A DNA stretch of 57,457 bases from Candidatus Nanoarchaeia archaeon (GTDB taxonomy: Archaea; Nanobdellota; Nanobdellia; Woesearchaeales; GW2011-AR9), in assembly GCA_035289845.1 (NCBI GenBank), contig DATDWB010000048.1:1-57457 (forward strand). The letters run 5' to 3'. Position 1 is the stretch's first letter, and every line of letters starts with the position of its first letter. This document shows positions 19,344 to 27,377 of this stretch, one piece after another. The position numbers were made by a program, and so were the translations under genes. Under the pieces are notes generated by a model. That model worked only from the letters and a program-made list of their open reading frames with translations, was not told the DNA's origin and searched no databases.

Positions 19344-20573
19344 TTAACCCAAAAATTCAATCCCTAGCTCACTATCCATAGCTTTCTTCTTTTTCTCAAA
19401 ATATTTGTGCCCTTCTCCAAATATTTGATCTGAACTGACCCCAGTTATTATAAGCATAGTCCTAACCGTATTTTCCAAGTCCTTGTAAATCTGCGCTCCC
19501 CAAATTATTTTAGCATTAGAATCTAAGCTTTGAGCAACCCGTTCCACGATTTTTCTGGATTCATCCAAGGTTAAGTTTTCTCCGCCAGAAATATTAATCA
19601 AGGCCCCGGTAGCGGTAGAGATATCTACATCTATTAATGGATTATCTAACGCTTTTTCTACTGAAGCTTCAGCCCTGTTACTGCCTTCGGCCTCTCCTAC
19701 CCCAATCAAAGCTACCCCTCCTTCACTCATTATGGCTTTAACATCTGCAAAATCCAAATTTACCAAACCGGTTTTGGTGACTAATTCCGCAATTCCTTTA
19801 ACTGCATTGGTTAAAATCTCATCCGCCACCTTAAAAGCGGTCTGTAAAGGTAGATTAGGTGCAATCTCTAATAATTTTTCATTGGGAATTACTATTAAGG
19901 TATTAATATTTTGCTCTAACTTTTCCAGCCCAATCATGGCATTCTCAAACCGATGTGATCCTTCCATAGTAAAAGGCATAGTTACAATTCCAATACTTAG
20001 TATGCCCATTTTTTTAGCCAAAGCGGCCACAAAAGGCGCACTGCCAGTTCCAGTTCCCCCACCTAATCCGCAAGTTATAAAAATCATATCTGACCCTTCT
20101 AACAACTTTTTAATTTCGCTTTCACTCTCCCGAGCAGATTCTTCACCTATTTTTGGGTTTGATCCCGCCCCTAATCCATGGGTCAACTGTTTTCCAATCA
20201 ATAATTTTTTATCACAGGTGGTATATAACAAATCTTGGGCATCGGTATTTATAGCAATAGTCTGAATTCCATTGATACCTACTTCAGAAATTCGATTTAT
20301 AGTATTATTCCCAGCTCCCCCGGCTCCAACCACTTTAATCCGTGTCTTTTGACTGGCAATAAGTTGTTCTAGTTCTTCATCCACGCTTCGATTAGGATTA
20401 TTCACATTTCGACTGGAAAAATTATTCCCATAATCATTATCAGAAGAGATAACTTTACTTCGGCTCACATTAGGATTATCTAAATTTGAACTAGAAACTT
20501 GAAAACTGGGATGAGTTTTCTTTCCCGCTTGCTCAGAGTTAAACCTAACCTCTGTAGTATTATTTTCCATCAT
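19344..20573 (-). CDS. ftsZ: Cell division GTPase FtsZ, with about 70 aa of N/S-rich N-terminal extension
   Basis: GAGGAGNNTINR and GLGGGTGTGSAP tubulin signature, NTDAQ, and TMPFTMEG. Confidence 0.95.
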   Translation of the reverse strand: MMENNTTEVRFNSEQAGKKTHPSFQVSSSNLDNPNVSRSKVISSDNDYGNNFSSRNVNNPNRSVDEELEQLIASQKTRIKVVGAGGAGNNTINRISEVGINGIQTIAINTDAQDLLYTTCDKKLLIGKQLTHGLGAGSNPKIGEESARESESEIKKLLEGSDMIFITCGLGGGTGTGSAPFVAALAKKMGILSIGIVTMPFTMEGSHRFENAMIGLEKLEQNINTLIVIPNEKLLEIAPNLPLQTAFKVADEILTNAVKGIAELVTKTGLVNLDFADVKAIMSEGGVALIGVGEAEGSNRAEASVEKALDNPLIDVDISTATGALINISGGENLTLDESRKIVERVAQSLDSNAKIIWGAQIYKDLENTVRTMLIITGVSSDQIFGEGHKYFEKKKKAMDSELGIEFLG

Positions 20574-20707
20574 TCTACCTCGCCCTTTTAATAAAAATAA
20601 TGGTGCAGGATATATAAAGATTATTGCACCCTAAAAGAGAGATAGGTTTAAGAGATAAATTCTCCTAAAGTTAAAATAAGTAAGCTTAGAAGTGAGCTTA
20701 AAATACT

Positions 20708-20830
20708 AAAGAGAACTTTGCAAAATTAGATGATTTATTAGCAAAGTTCTAAAGAGAAGTTTGAATAGTCGTAATTTTGACCTTAAACAAACAATATATT
20801 AACCAAAATTACTTTTTTTCAAACTTATCT
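20708..20830. repeat. Composite palindromic MITE-like repeat (type A plus type B), second copy
   Basis: Near-identical to 7311-7437 with a few substitutions or indels (gaatagtc versus gaaatagtc; caaacttatct versus caaacttctct). Confidence 0.85.
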
Positions 20831-20882
20831 AAAATTTAATCCGAAATTGTATATAGAGAATAAATTATTTATACGGAATAAG

Positions 20883-21563
20883 TTAGTTAGATTTTAGTTC
20901 TGTTTTAGCTGCTTTAAACTCGATTTTTTCTGCCGAAGTCAATTCCAGCAGCTTCTTATCTATCAATTCAATTATCTGCGGTGGAAATTGCACAGGCAGT
21001 TCCACTTCCACTTTCTTTCCCTCAGATGCCGCTATCTTAAATTTATCTTCTGGGATACGGAATGTAGCTGCTAAATAAGCTGCTACCTGTTCTTTTAAAT
21101 CAGTTATTTTACGGATAATTTTAACGGTGTAGATTACTTTTCTACCCGCCAAAGGATGATTAAAATTTACTATAACCCTTCCTCCAGAAATGCTGCTGAC
21201 TATACCCCTCTCTCCATCCACATCAATTTCTAAACCTGGTTGAGGATTTACTTTGTGTTCAATAAATGTTGCCATTGGAACTACCCGCATCTTTTTGATA
21301 TCCCTCTTACCAAAGGCACTTTCTGGAGCCAAGATAATTTCATGCACCATCCCTATTTCTGCTCCGCTTAAGGCACTATCTAATCCGGGCAAAAGTTGTT
21401 TCTCCCCCAAACAAATAATTAGGGGAGAATATTTTATTTTTGCAGAAAAGATGTTGCTTTTTTTAGCTGCCTGCTCTTGGGTGGTATCAAATACTACCCC
21501 ATTTTCTAGCTTCCCAGTATAATCCAGTTCAATAAAATCGTGTAGTTGTGCTTTTTCTGGCAT
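20883..21563 (-). CDS. FKBP-type peptidyl-prolyl cis-trans isomerase (long archaeal SlyD-like type)
   Basis: DFIELDYTGKLENGVVFDTT, an IF-domain-like insert, NHPLAGR; size is 226 aa. Confidence 0.85.
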   Translation of the reverse strand: MPEKAQLHDFIELDYTGKLENGVVFDTTQEQAAKKSNIFSAKIKYSPLIICLGEKQLLPGLDSALSGAEIGMVHEIILAPESAFGKRDIKKMRVVPMATFIEHKVNPQPGLEIDVDGERGIVSSISGGRVIVNFNHPLAGRKVIYTVKIIRKITDLKEQVAAYLAATFRIPEDKFKIAASEGKKVEVELPVQFPPQIIELIDKKLLELTSAEKIEFKAAKTELKSN

Positions 21564-21630
21564 TTTAAAATAAGTTAAGAGGAGTGGTTTATAAGTTTTT
21601 CTTAGGAAAGGACATAATAAAGCAATTCTT

Positions 21631-21699
21631 GGCCGAGGCTATCCCACCGCTCCATGTGGTCGCTACGCAGCAAGCTAATGGGGTATAAAATCATAAATC
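21631..21699. repeat. GC-rich hairpin repeat family, copy a (…cccaccgctc…gctacgcagcaagctaatggggtataaaatcataaat)
   Basis: Shares ggggtataaaatcataaat with 50375-50393, and cccaccg.tc..gctacgc…gcagcaagct…ggggtat with 51678-51720. Confidence 0.7.
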
Positions 21700-22246
21700 A
21701 ATTATCACTCCTTGCTCTATCCTTAACAAATTTAACCACTTTACTGACCACTTCTTCCGGAGTTAAGTTGGTAGTATCAATTACTAAGTCGTACTTAGAC
21801 TTATCATAAGGATTAATAGAATAATACTTTTCATACCGTTCTTGTTCCACCCGTTCCCTTCTTTTCATATCAGCAACCATCTGGTTTAGAGAGGAAGCTG
21901 ATTCTTCTTTTCGGTTATCAGCCAGGATTCGCTGGGCTCGGACTATTGGATCAGCATCAAAAAATATTTTTATAGAATTGGGAATGAAATGAAAACTTAA
22001 GCGGCCATCAATCACAAAATGATCTTTTTCTTTTCCAATTTTTCTCTGCCAATCATCCAGTTCCTGATCAATAGATTTATCAGTTTTAGCTATATCCCCT
22101 AATTCCTGCAGAGAAATTCCCCTATCTAAAGCCATTTGGCGCATATAGCCCCCGGTTGAATAATGAGCCCAATTTAACTTCTGGGCAAGATATTTACCGG
22201 CCGTGCTTTTTCCACTGCCGGGAGTTCCAGATATAGTTATTATCAT
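21698..22246 (-). CDS. cmk: Cytidylate kinase, archaeal type
   Basis: MIITISGTPGSGKSTAGKYLAQKL P-loop, GGYMRQMA; size is 182 aa. Confidence 0.8.
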   Translation of the reverse strand: MIITISGTPGSGKSTAGKYLAQKLNWAHYSTGGYMRQMALDRGISLQELGDIAKTDKSIDQELDDWQRKIGKEKDHFVIDGRLSFHFIPNSIKIFFDADPIVRAQRILADNRKEESASSLNQMVADMKRRERVEQERYEKYYSINPYDKSKYDLVIDTTNLTPEEVVSKVVKFVKDRARSDN

Positions 22247-22363
22247 TTTATTTAAGTAAGGATTATTTTATTGGTATTTGGAGATATTTTAGCTGATTTA
22301 TGGTTAGCATAAAATCCAAAAAGATAACAAATATAAATAGTTTTATCTTTTATAGAAGGGTAG

Positions 22364-23143
22364 ATGTTTAAAAATAAGCCCCAGCTCCAAAAAGAGATTT
22401 CTGAAGCCAATAGTACTAAACGAACTCAAGAAATTTTTGCTGATAGGTTCACCCCTAAAAAAGTTAATTCCAAAAAAGCTAATCCGCCAGCCGCCGCCCA
22501 ATTTAAAGGAAATAATCCCCGCCTTAATCCCTACAAAAAATATTTTAATATCTTTCTAGTAGTAATTGCTGTTGCTTTGGTAGTAGCGTTTGTGATACGG
22601 CCATCCATTATCGGATTTGGGGTTTATCAAGAAACTAAAACTGGCAATTACAGTTTGGATGAATTGGGAAGCAATGTCCAAGAGTTAAAATTTAAATTGG
22701 AGCTGGCGGAAAATAACTTATCCTTGCAATCAAATTATAATTCTAATTTAGAAACTGAGCTTGCCAAAAAAAATCAAGCTTTAACTGAATGTTTAGCTAG
22801 GAAAGGATCTTTGGAAGACTCCCGATCGTTGTATGATCAAAATGTAGAATTATTTAAAGATAAAATCAATTTATTAGAAAATGTGGATAGCGATGAAGTG
22901 GCTGCAATCCAGCACACTTTAGACTTGTGTACTGAAGAGAAAAGCAAGCTTGAAGCCGATAATCTAGGTCAAGAAGAATTCGATAAATTGAAACAAGAAT
23001 ACGAATTGATAGTAAAAAACTCAGCCTTAAACATCTGTTGTAAAAAGAAAATTGACGATCCAGAGATTAATTCATACCGCCTTATTAATAACAAAATTGT
23101 CTGCCAACAAGATGGAGAAGTCAGTTTAAGTTGTTTTGGATGA
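22364..23143 (+). CDS. Single-pass membrane coiled-coil protein with Cys-rich C-terminus
   Basis: TM segment IFLVVIAVALVVAFVI, heptad-like E/K/L-rich region, and C-terminal CCKKK...VCQQDGEVSLSC. Confidence 0.5.
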   Translation: MFKNKPQLQKEISEANSTKRTQEIFADRFTPKKVNSKKANPPAAAQFKGNNPRLNPYKKYFNIFLVVIAVALVVAFVIRPSIIGFGVYQETKTGNYSLDELGSNVQELKFKLELAENNLSLQSNYNSNLETELAKKNQALTECLARKGSLEDSRSLYDQNVELFKDKINLLENVDSDEVAAIQHTLDLCTEEKSKLEADNLGQEEFDKLKQEYELIVKNSALNICCKKKIDDPEINSYRLINNKIVCQQDGEVSLSCFG

Positions 23144-23176
23144 CCTAATATCAACCTTATTGCCTAATTGACATTA

Positions 23177-23881
23177 TCACCTAACCCTAGAATAATCATT
23201 TTTTTTCCATCCTAATTTATCTTTAACTCCCTGCTTAACCCAAAACCAAGCTACTTTCAATAATCCCCACTCATTAAGCCGGCGCATGGAAGTAGTAGTA
23301 TAAGTATCCACATAACAATGATCCCCATAACTCCGCAGCTTATTTAGGAGACCCTTATGTTCCATTACCACCACGGTATGGTCATAGCCATTTACTGCCT
23401 CAAAAAAATTTCTCCGGCAAGCCAACATTCCTCCACAACTATAACTAAACCCCAATTTACGATAAGTGTTCTTAAACCACATTGCAAATTTAAATTTGAA
23501 CCGATCGTCATCCGGTCTAACTTTCGCTGTGGCCGAAGAAAATTCTTCCGTAAAATTTTGATTGATTTTTTGCAAAGAATCTGGTTCCAAAGTGGTATCA
23601 GCATCCAGAAAAATAACTACTTCTCCCTGGGATTTGCTAGCTCCATAGTTCCTAGCCCGGCTTACGTTGGCTGCTTCTAATCTTAAGAGCCTTAGATTAG
23701 GAAAGCCGAAGTCGTTAATTAGATTGGTTACTACCTCCACAGTCTTATCAGTACAGCCATTAGCTACCACAATAACTTCATAATCCTTATAATTCTGGTT
23801 ATTAATACTCTCTAAAGTTTTAGGAAGATAGTTTTCTTCGTTATTAGCAGGAATAACTATAGAAAATTTAGGAGTCATCAA
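23177..23881 (-). CDS. Glycosyltransferase family 2
   Basis: FSIVIPANNEENYLPKTLESI, VIVVANGCTDKT, and FLDADT (DxD). Confidence 0.85.
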   Translation of the reverse strand: MMTPKFSIVIPANNEENYLPKTLESINNQNYKDYEVIVVANGCTDKTVEVVTNLINDFGFPNLRLLRLEAANVSRARNYGASKSQGEVVIFLDADTTLEPDSLQKINQNFTEEFSSATAKVRPDDDRFKFKFAMWFKNTYRKLGFSYSCGGMLACRRNFFEAVNGYDHTVVVMEHKGLLNKLRSYGDHCYVDTYTTTSMRRLNEWGLLKVAWFWVKQGVKDKLGWKKNDYSRVR

Positions 23882-23991
23882 GTATGATGATCAGAAATTA
23901 TTTTAATGGATTGTTGTATTACAAACTAGGTGTTATAAAATGCATAAACTAGATGTGTTATAGAAGGCTAAATAGTCCAAGAACACAAAAT

Positions 23992-25074
23992 CTACAACGT
24001 CAAATAATTTGCTACCCACAACATACCGGAATCACTATGGTAAAATTTGGTCTTGAACGGATTGCCATTAGCGGCAAATACTTCCATAAAATTTTTGTGC
24101 AATAAAATCAACTTGCGGTAACGCTCCTTATAGTACTGAGCCAAGGTCTGGTCTACTTCTTTTACCATCCGTACATATAACGGACCGATATGCATCCAGA
24201 TAGAATCAGATTCATAATTTTTAAGGAACATTTCCTGCCAGATAAACCTAGAATGTTCCCGGTTGGAGGTATATTTTAAAGGAAAGGGCTGATCCAATTC
24301 AGCTTTCTGGATTGATTTAATGGCTAACTGCAGCATTTCCACATCTGTGATTACCCCCAACAGAAAGGGGAATACATTTGCATCCCCCGACACATATCTT
24401 TTTCTCTCTAAATCATCATAAAAATAAGACCCATTCCAAAAATTTTTGGAGATAAGTTCAGGGTAATTATAATTAACAAGGGGATTGTAGAGCTTCATTT
24501 TATCCAAATCAGAAGCCAATAAGGCTACCATACAATTATCATAACAAGAACTCCGGCGCAAAGCAAAATCTTTAATGGAAGAAAAATACTTATCCGATCT
24601 AACTAACCCTGTATTCCGATCCACAATCTCCTCAAAGTAATTCTTAATTTGTAGATTAAGAAAATCCTTAAAATCATAATATGGAAACTTGGCAATTCTA
24701 AGAGCATGTATAAACCAAGGTAAAGAATCTACTGCTTCTACCGGAAAATTGAAAGCCTTTCCGCCGGGAGTTAAGGTAGTAGTAACCTGTTTATATTTCC
24801 TAAATCTATTCATGGCATATCTTAAAGTCTGCTGAACCTCCTTATTATACCCTAATTTTAATAACGATTGTACACACCAGCCAAAATCTCGAGTCCAAAA
24901 CTGAGGAAAATTTGTGGTAGAGGTTTGGAAAAATCGGCCATTCCAACAGTCACGAATTATTTTATGGCCTATTTCTTCCGCCGTTCCAGAATAATGTTTA
25001 GGAAACATCCGGCTCTTCCATCCTGATAGGAAAATTCTTGATCCTTGAGAAATATAATCCATTACCGTAGCCAT
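23992..25074 (-). CDS. Hypothetical protein, possibly an (alpha/alpha)6-barrel glycoside-hydrolase-like fold
   Basis: Only weak cues: FWTRDFGWCVQSLLKLGY resembles the W.RD motif of GDE_C/GH63-type enzymes; Trp/Tyr-rich. Confidence 0.3.
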   Translation of the reverse strand: MATVMDYISQGSRIFLSGWKSRMFPKHYSGTAEEIGHKIIRDCWNGRFFQTSTTNFPQFWTRDFGWCVQSLLKLGYNKEVQQTLRYAMNRFRKYKQVTTTLTPGGKAFNFPVEAVDSLPWFIHALRIAKFPYYDFKDFLNLQIKNYFEEIVDRNTGLVRSDKYFSSIKDFALRRSSCYDNCMVALLASDLDKMKLYNPLVNYNYPELISKNFWNGSYFYDDLERKRYVSGDANVFPFLLGVITDVEMLQLAIKSIQKAELDQPFPLKYTSNREHSRFIWQEMFLKNYESDSIWMHIGPLYVRMVKEVDQTLAQYYKERYRKLILLHKNFMEVFAANGNPFKTKFYHSDSGMLWVANYLTL

Positions 25075-25208
25075 GGAGTCTGATTAAAAGAAGAGATATA
25101 AAAAGATATCGTAGGAGAAGGAGATAATGGTAAGCATCAGAAGTATGACCTATACTAGACAATTACACTTTTGAAGTTAAATATTGTTAAATATAGAAAA
25201 CATATATT

Positions 25209-25805
25209 CTACACATCACAATAATATTGTTTAAGTTCCTTACGCGCCCTATGAACTCTTGATGAAACTGTGCCAATTGGTATCTGCTCCATTTCCGCAA
25301 TATCCTCATAGTTATAACCCTCCATTACTAAGATAATCGCCCTCTTAAAAGGGTTATTATCTGGGAATATCAAATCTAAATCTTTGTATACTTCTTCAGC
25401 TTCCATAGCCAATCCAACTATTTGTTCCGGAGTATAATTATGACAGCCGCCCTGACCAATACGTTCCATCGCCGGAAGTAAATTATTATGATCAAACTTA
25501 GGTTTAGAAATATCTAACGGAGTGTTATTGCTGCCCTGGTTGCTTCTCTTACGCATATAATTTACAGTAGTGTTATGAGCTATGCAATACACCCATTTTC
25601 TAAAATCAGTTCCTGGTTTGAACTGGTCTCTGACTTTAGCCGCAACTTTCTCAAACACATCTTGAGCCAAATCTTCCGCCAGAATAGTGTCGCCTAGCAC
25701 TAAAGTTGAAATATATCGCCTTATCCCAGTAAAGTATTGTTTATATATTTCAGTAAAAGATCTTAATTCTCCTAGATCATTTATTTCTATCTCTAAAGGC
25801 CGCAT
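25209..25805 (-). CDS. Sigma-70 family (ECF-like) RNA polymerase sigma factor homologue, paralogue 1
   Basis: Region 2: AEDLAQDVFEKVAAKV...FRKWVYCIAHNTTVNYMRKRS. Region 4.2 HTH: MEGYNYEDIAEMEQIPIGTVSSRVHRARKELKQ. Confidence 0.8.
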   Translation of the reverse strand: MRPLEIEINDLGELRSFTEIYKQYFTGIRRYISTLVLGDTILAEDLAQDVFEKVAAKVRDQFKPGTDFRKWVYCIAHNTTVNYMRKRSNQGSNNTPLDISKPKFDHNNLLPAMERIGQGGCHNYTPEQIVGLAMEAEEVYKDLDLIFPDNNPFKRAIILVMEGYNYEDIAEMEQIPIGTVSSRVHRARKELKQYYCDV

Positions 25806-25826
25806 CTACCTAAAATTCTTAGACTA

Positions 25827-25835
25827 TTTTATAAA
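25827..25835 (-). promoter_or_regulatory. Archaeal TATA box (TTTATAAAA) about 21 nt upstream of the sigma-like paralogue 1 ATG, suggesting a leaderless transcript
   Basis: The minus strand reads atatttataaaatagtctaagaattttaggtagATG. The spacing puts a TSS at or near the ATG. Confidence 0.5.
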
Positions 25836-25861
25836 TATTGTTAAAAATTAATTATAAATTG

Positions 25862-26551
25862 TTAACTTAATCTAGTTAAATCTATTCCTGAGTCTTTTAT
25901 TATCTTACGCCCCCGATGCAGCCTGAGCAATACAGCATTCCGAGAAATGTTCATCAGTTCAGCAATTTCCTGGCAAGTATAACCCTGCAGCTCTAATTCT
26001 AGAGGTTCAACATAATCTTCCCAAGAACAACTTTTATAGGTACGGTCCTTAAAAATTGAATATATTCTAGAATTAAGCCGCTCTGCTTCCATTTTTTCCC
26101 CAACTAATTCTTCCGGGTTTTGATTATCTCTACTAGAATAACCAAGATTTTCTAAGTCCTGGACAAAATTATAATTATCTTGGATTAAACCGCTGAAGTT
26201 ATAATTTGACCCATTAGCTGTATAGATTGTATCAAAACTAATATTATTATAACCGAGGTTGGATTTTTTACGCATATAAACAATTACTGCGTTCCTAGCA
26301 ATCTTATAGACCCAACCTTTAAAATTTGTTCCAGGGGTGAATTTTTCTTCAGCCTTAGTCAAAACTTTAACAAAAACTTCTTGAGTTAAATCTTCAGCTA
26401 CAGCTTCGTTATCCCAATTAGTTAATCTTAAGATATACTTATTTATATCAGAATAATATTCCCTATAAACTTCTGTAAAAGTTTTTACCGTGCCCAGGTT
26501 ATTTATTTTCAATTCATCTTCTAGGCCCCTAGAGACTAACTTCGTAACCAT
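25862..26551 (-). CDS. Sigma-70 family (ECF-like) RNA polymerase sigma factor homologue, paralogue 2
   Basis: Region 2: AEDLTQEVFVKVLTKA...FKGWVYKIARNAVIVYMRKKS. Region 4.2: LQGYTCQEIAELMNISRNAVLLRLHRGRKIIKD. Start set at ATG 26551 because a TATA box overlaps the track start at 26572. Confidence 0.8.
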   Translation of the reverse strand: MVTKLVSRGLEDELKINNLGTVKTFTEVYREYYSDINKYILRLTNWDNEAVAEDLTQEVFVKVLTKAEEKFTPGTNFKGWVYKIARNAVIVYMRKKSNLGYNNISFDTIYTANGSNYNFSGLIQDNYNFVQDLENLGYSSRDNQNPEELVGEKMEAERLNSRIYSIFKDRTYKSCSWEDYVEPLELELQGYTCQEIAELMNISRNAVLLRLHRGRKIIKDSGIDLTRLS

Positions 26552-26571
26552 AAGCCTAAATTTATAAACCA

Positions 26572-26580
26572 TTTTATAAA
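26572..26580 (-). promoter_or_regulatory. Archaeal TATA box (TTTATAAAA) about 25 nt upstream of ATG 26551 of sigma-like paralogue 2
   Basis: The minus strand reads acatttataaaATGgtttataaatttaggcttATG. The geometry mirrors paralogue 1. Confidence 0.45.
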
Positions 26581-26629
26581 TGTTTGTAAATTAGGAAGGA
26601 AACAGAATCTAGCTATGCTTCAAACAAGT

Positions 26630-27376
26630 CTAATCCTTAACGCCGCTAACCGCCGAACCAAATCCTTCCAATTCAATTCTCTTGGCTAACTCATGTCCAC
26701 CGGTTGCTATGATCCGACCTTGGCTGATAATGCTAACTTGGTCTGGATTTAAATGCTCTAAGAATCTTCCATAATGAGTTATTACTACTACTCCTATTGG
26801 AGAGTTTTTCTTAATCTGTAAAATATTTTCCGCCACCATTTTAATGCCATCTACATCTAATCCAGAATCTGTTTCGTCCAGCAAAGCATATTTGGCTTCC
26901 AATAATAACAATTGCAATATCTCCGATCTCTTTTTCTCTCCCCCAGAGAAACCTTCATTTAAGTAGCGTTTACCGAATGCTGGATCTAACCCTAAGAGGG
27001 CCATCTTTTCTTTCAATAAACTATTAAATTTTATTACCGAAATTTTTTCCCCGCGTAAACTATTCAATGCGCTCCGTAAAAAGTTGCTTATTGTAACCCC
27101 CGAAACAGAAGGTGGATTCTGCAACGATAAAAAAAGTCCAGCTTTGGCCCGCAGTTCAATTTTTTCAGTTGTTATATCTTTCCCATCTAAGATTATTCTC
27201 CCTTGAGTTATCTTGTAGCTGGGATGACCCATTATAGTATTAACCAAAGTTGATTTGCCAGATCCATTAGGGCCCATAAGAACGTGAATTTGACCCGGAT
27301 TAAAAACTAAATTGATACCCTTAATTATTTTGGCACCCTCAACTTCTACATGCAGATCAATTATTTCTAAAGTCAT
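26630..27376 (-). CDS. sufC: Fe-S cluster assembly ATPase SufC
   Basis: GPNGSGKST Walker A, FSGGEKKR signature, ALLDETDSGLD Walker B. Confidence 0.9.
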   Translation of the reverse strand: MTLEIIDLHVEVEGAKIIKGINLVFNPGQIHVLMGPNGSGKSTLVNTIMGHPSYKITQGRIILDGKDITTEKIELRAKAGLFLSLQNPPSVSGVTISNFLRSALNSLRGEKISVIKFNSLLKEKMALLGLDPAFGKRYLNEGFSGGEKKRSEILQLLLLEAKYALLDETDSGLDVDGIKMVAENILQIKKNSPIGVVVITHYGRFLEHLNPDQVSIISQGRIIATGGHELAKRIELEGFGSAVSGVKD

Positions 27377-27377
27377 T

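Noticed and set aside
19732-20265. 177-aa ORF antisense to ftsZ, and similar antisense ORFs listed inside other long genes (for example 1149..1334, 8940..9272, 23357..23680, 43304..43534, 55247..55543)
   Set aside because: Each lies wholly within a confidently identified gene on the opposite strand and has no motif of its own.
6591-20830. The palindromic repeats as a CRISPR array
   Set aside because: The copies are kilobases apart in separate intergenic regions. They are not regularly spaced with unique spacers, and no cas genes are present.
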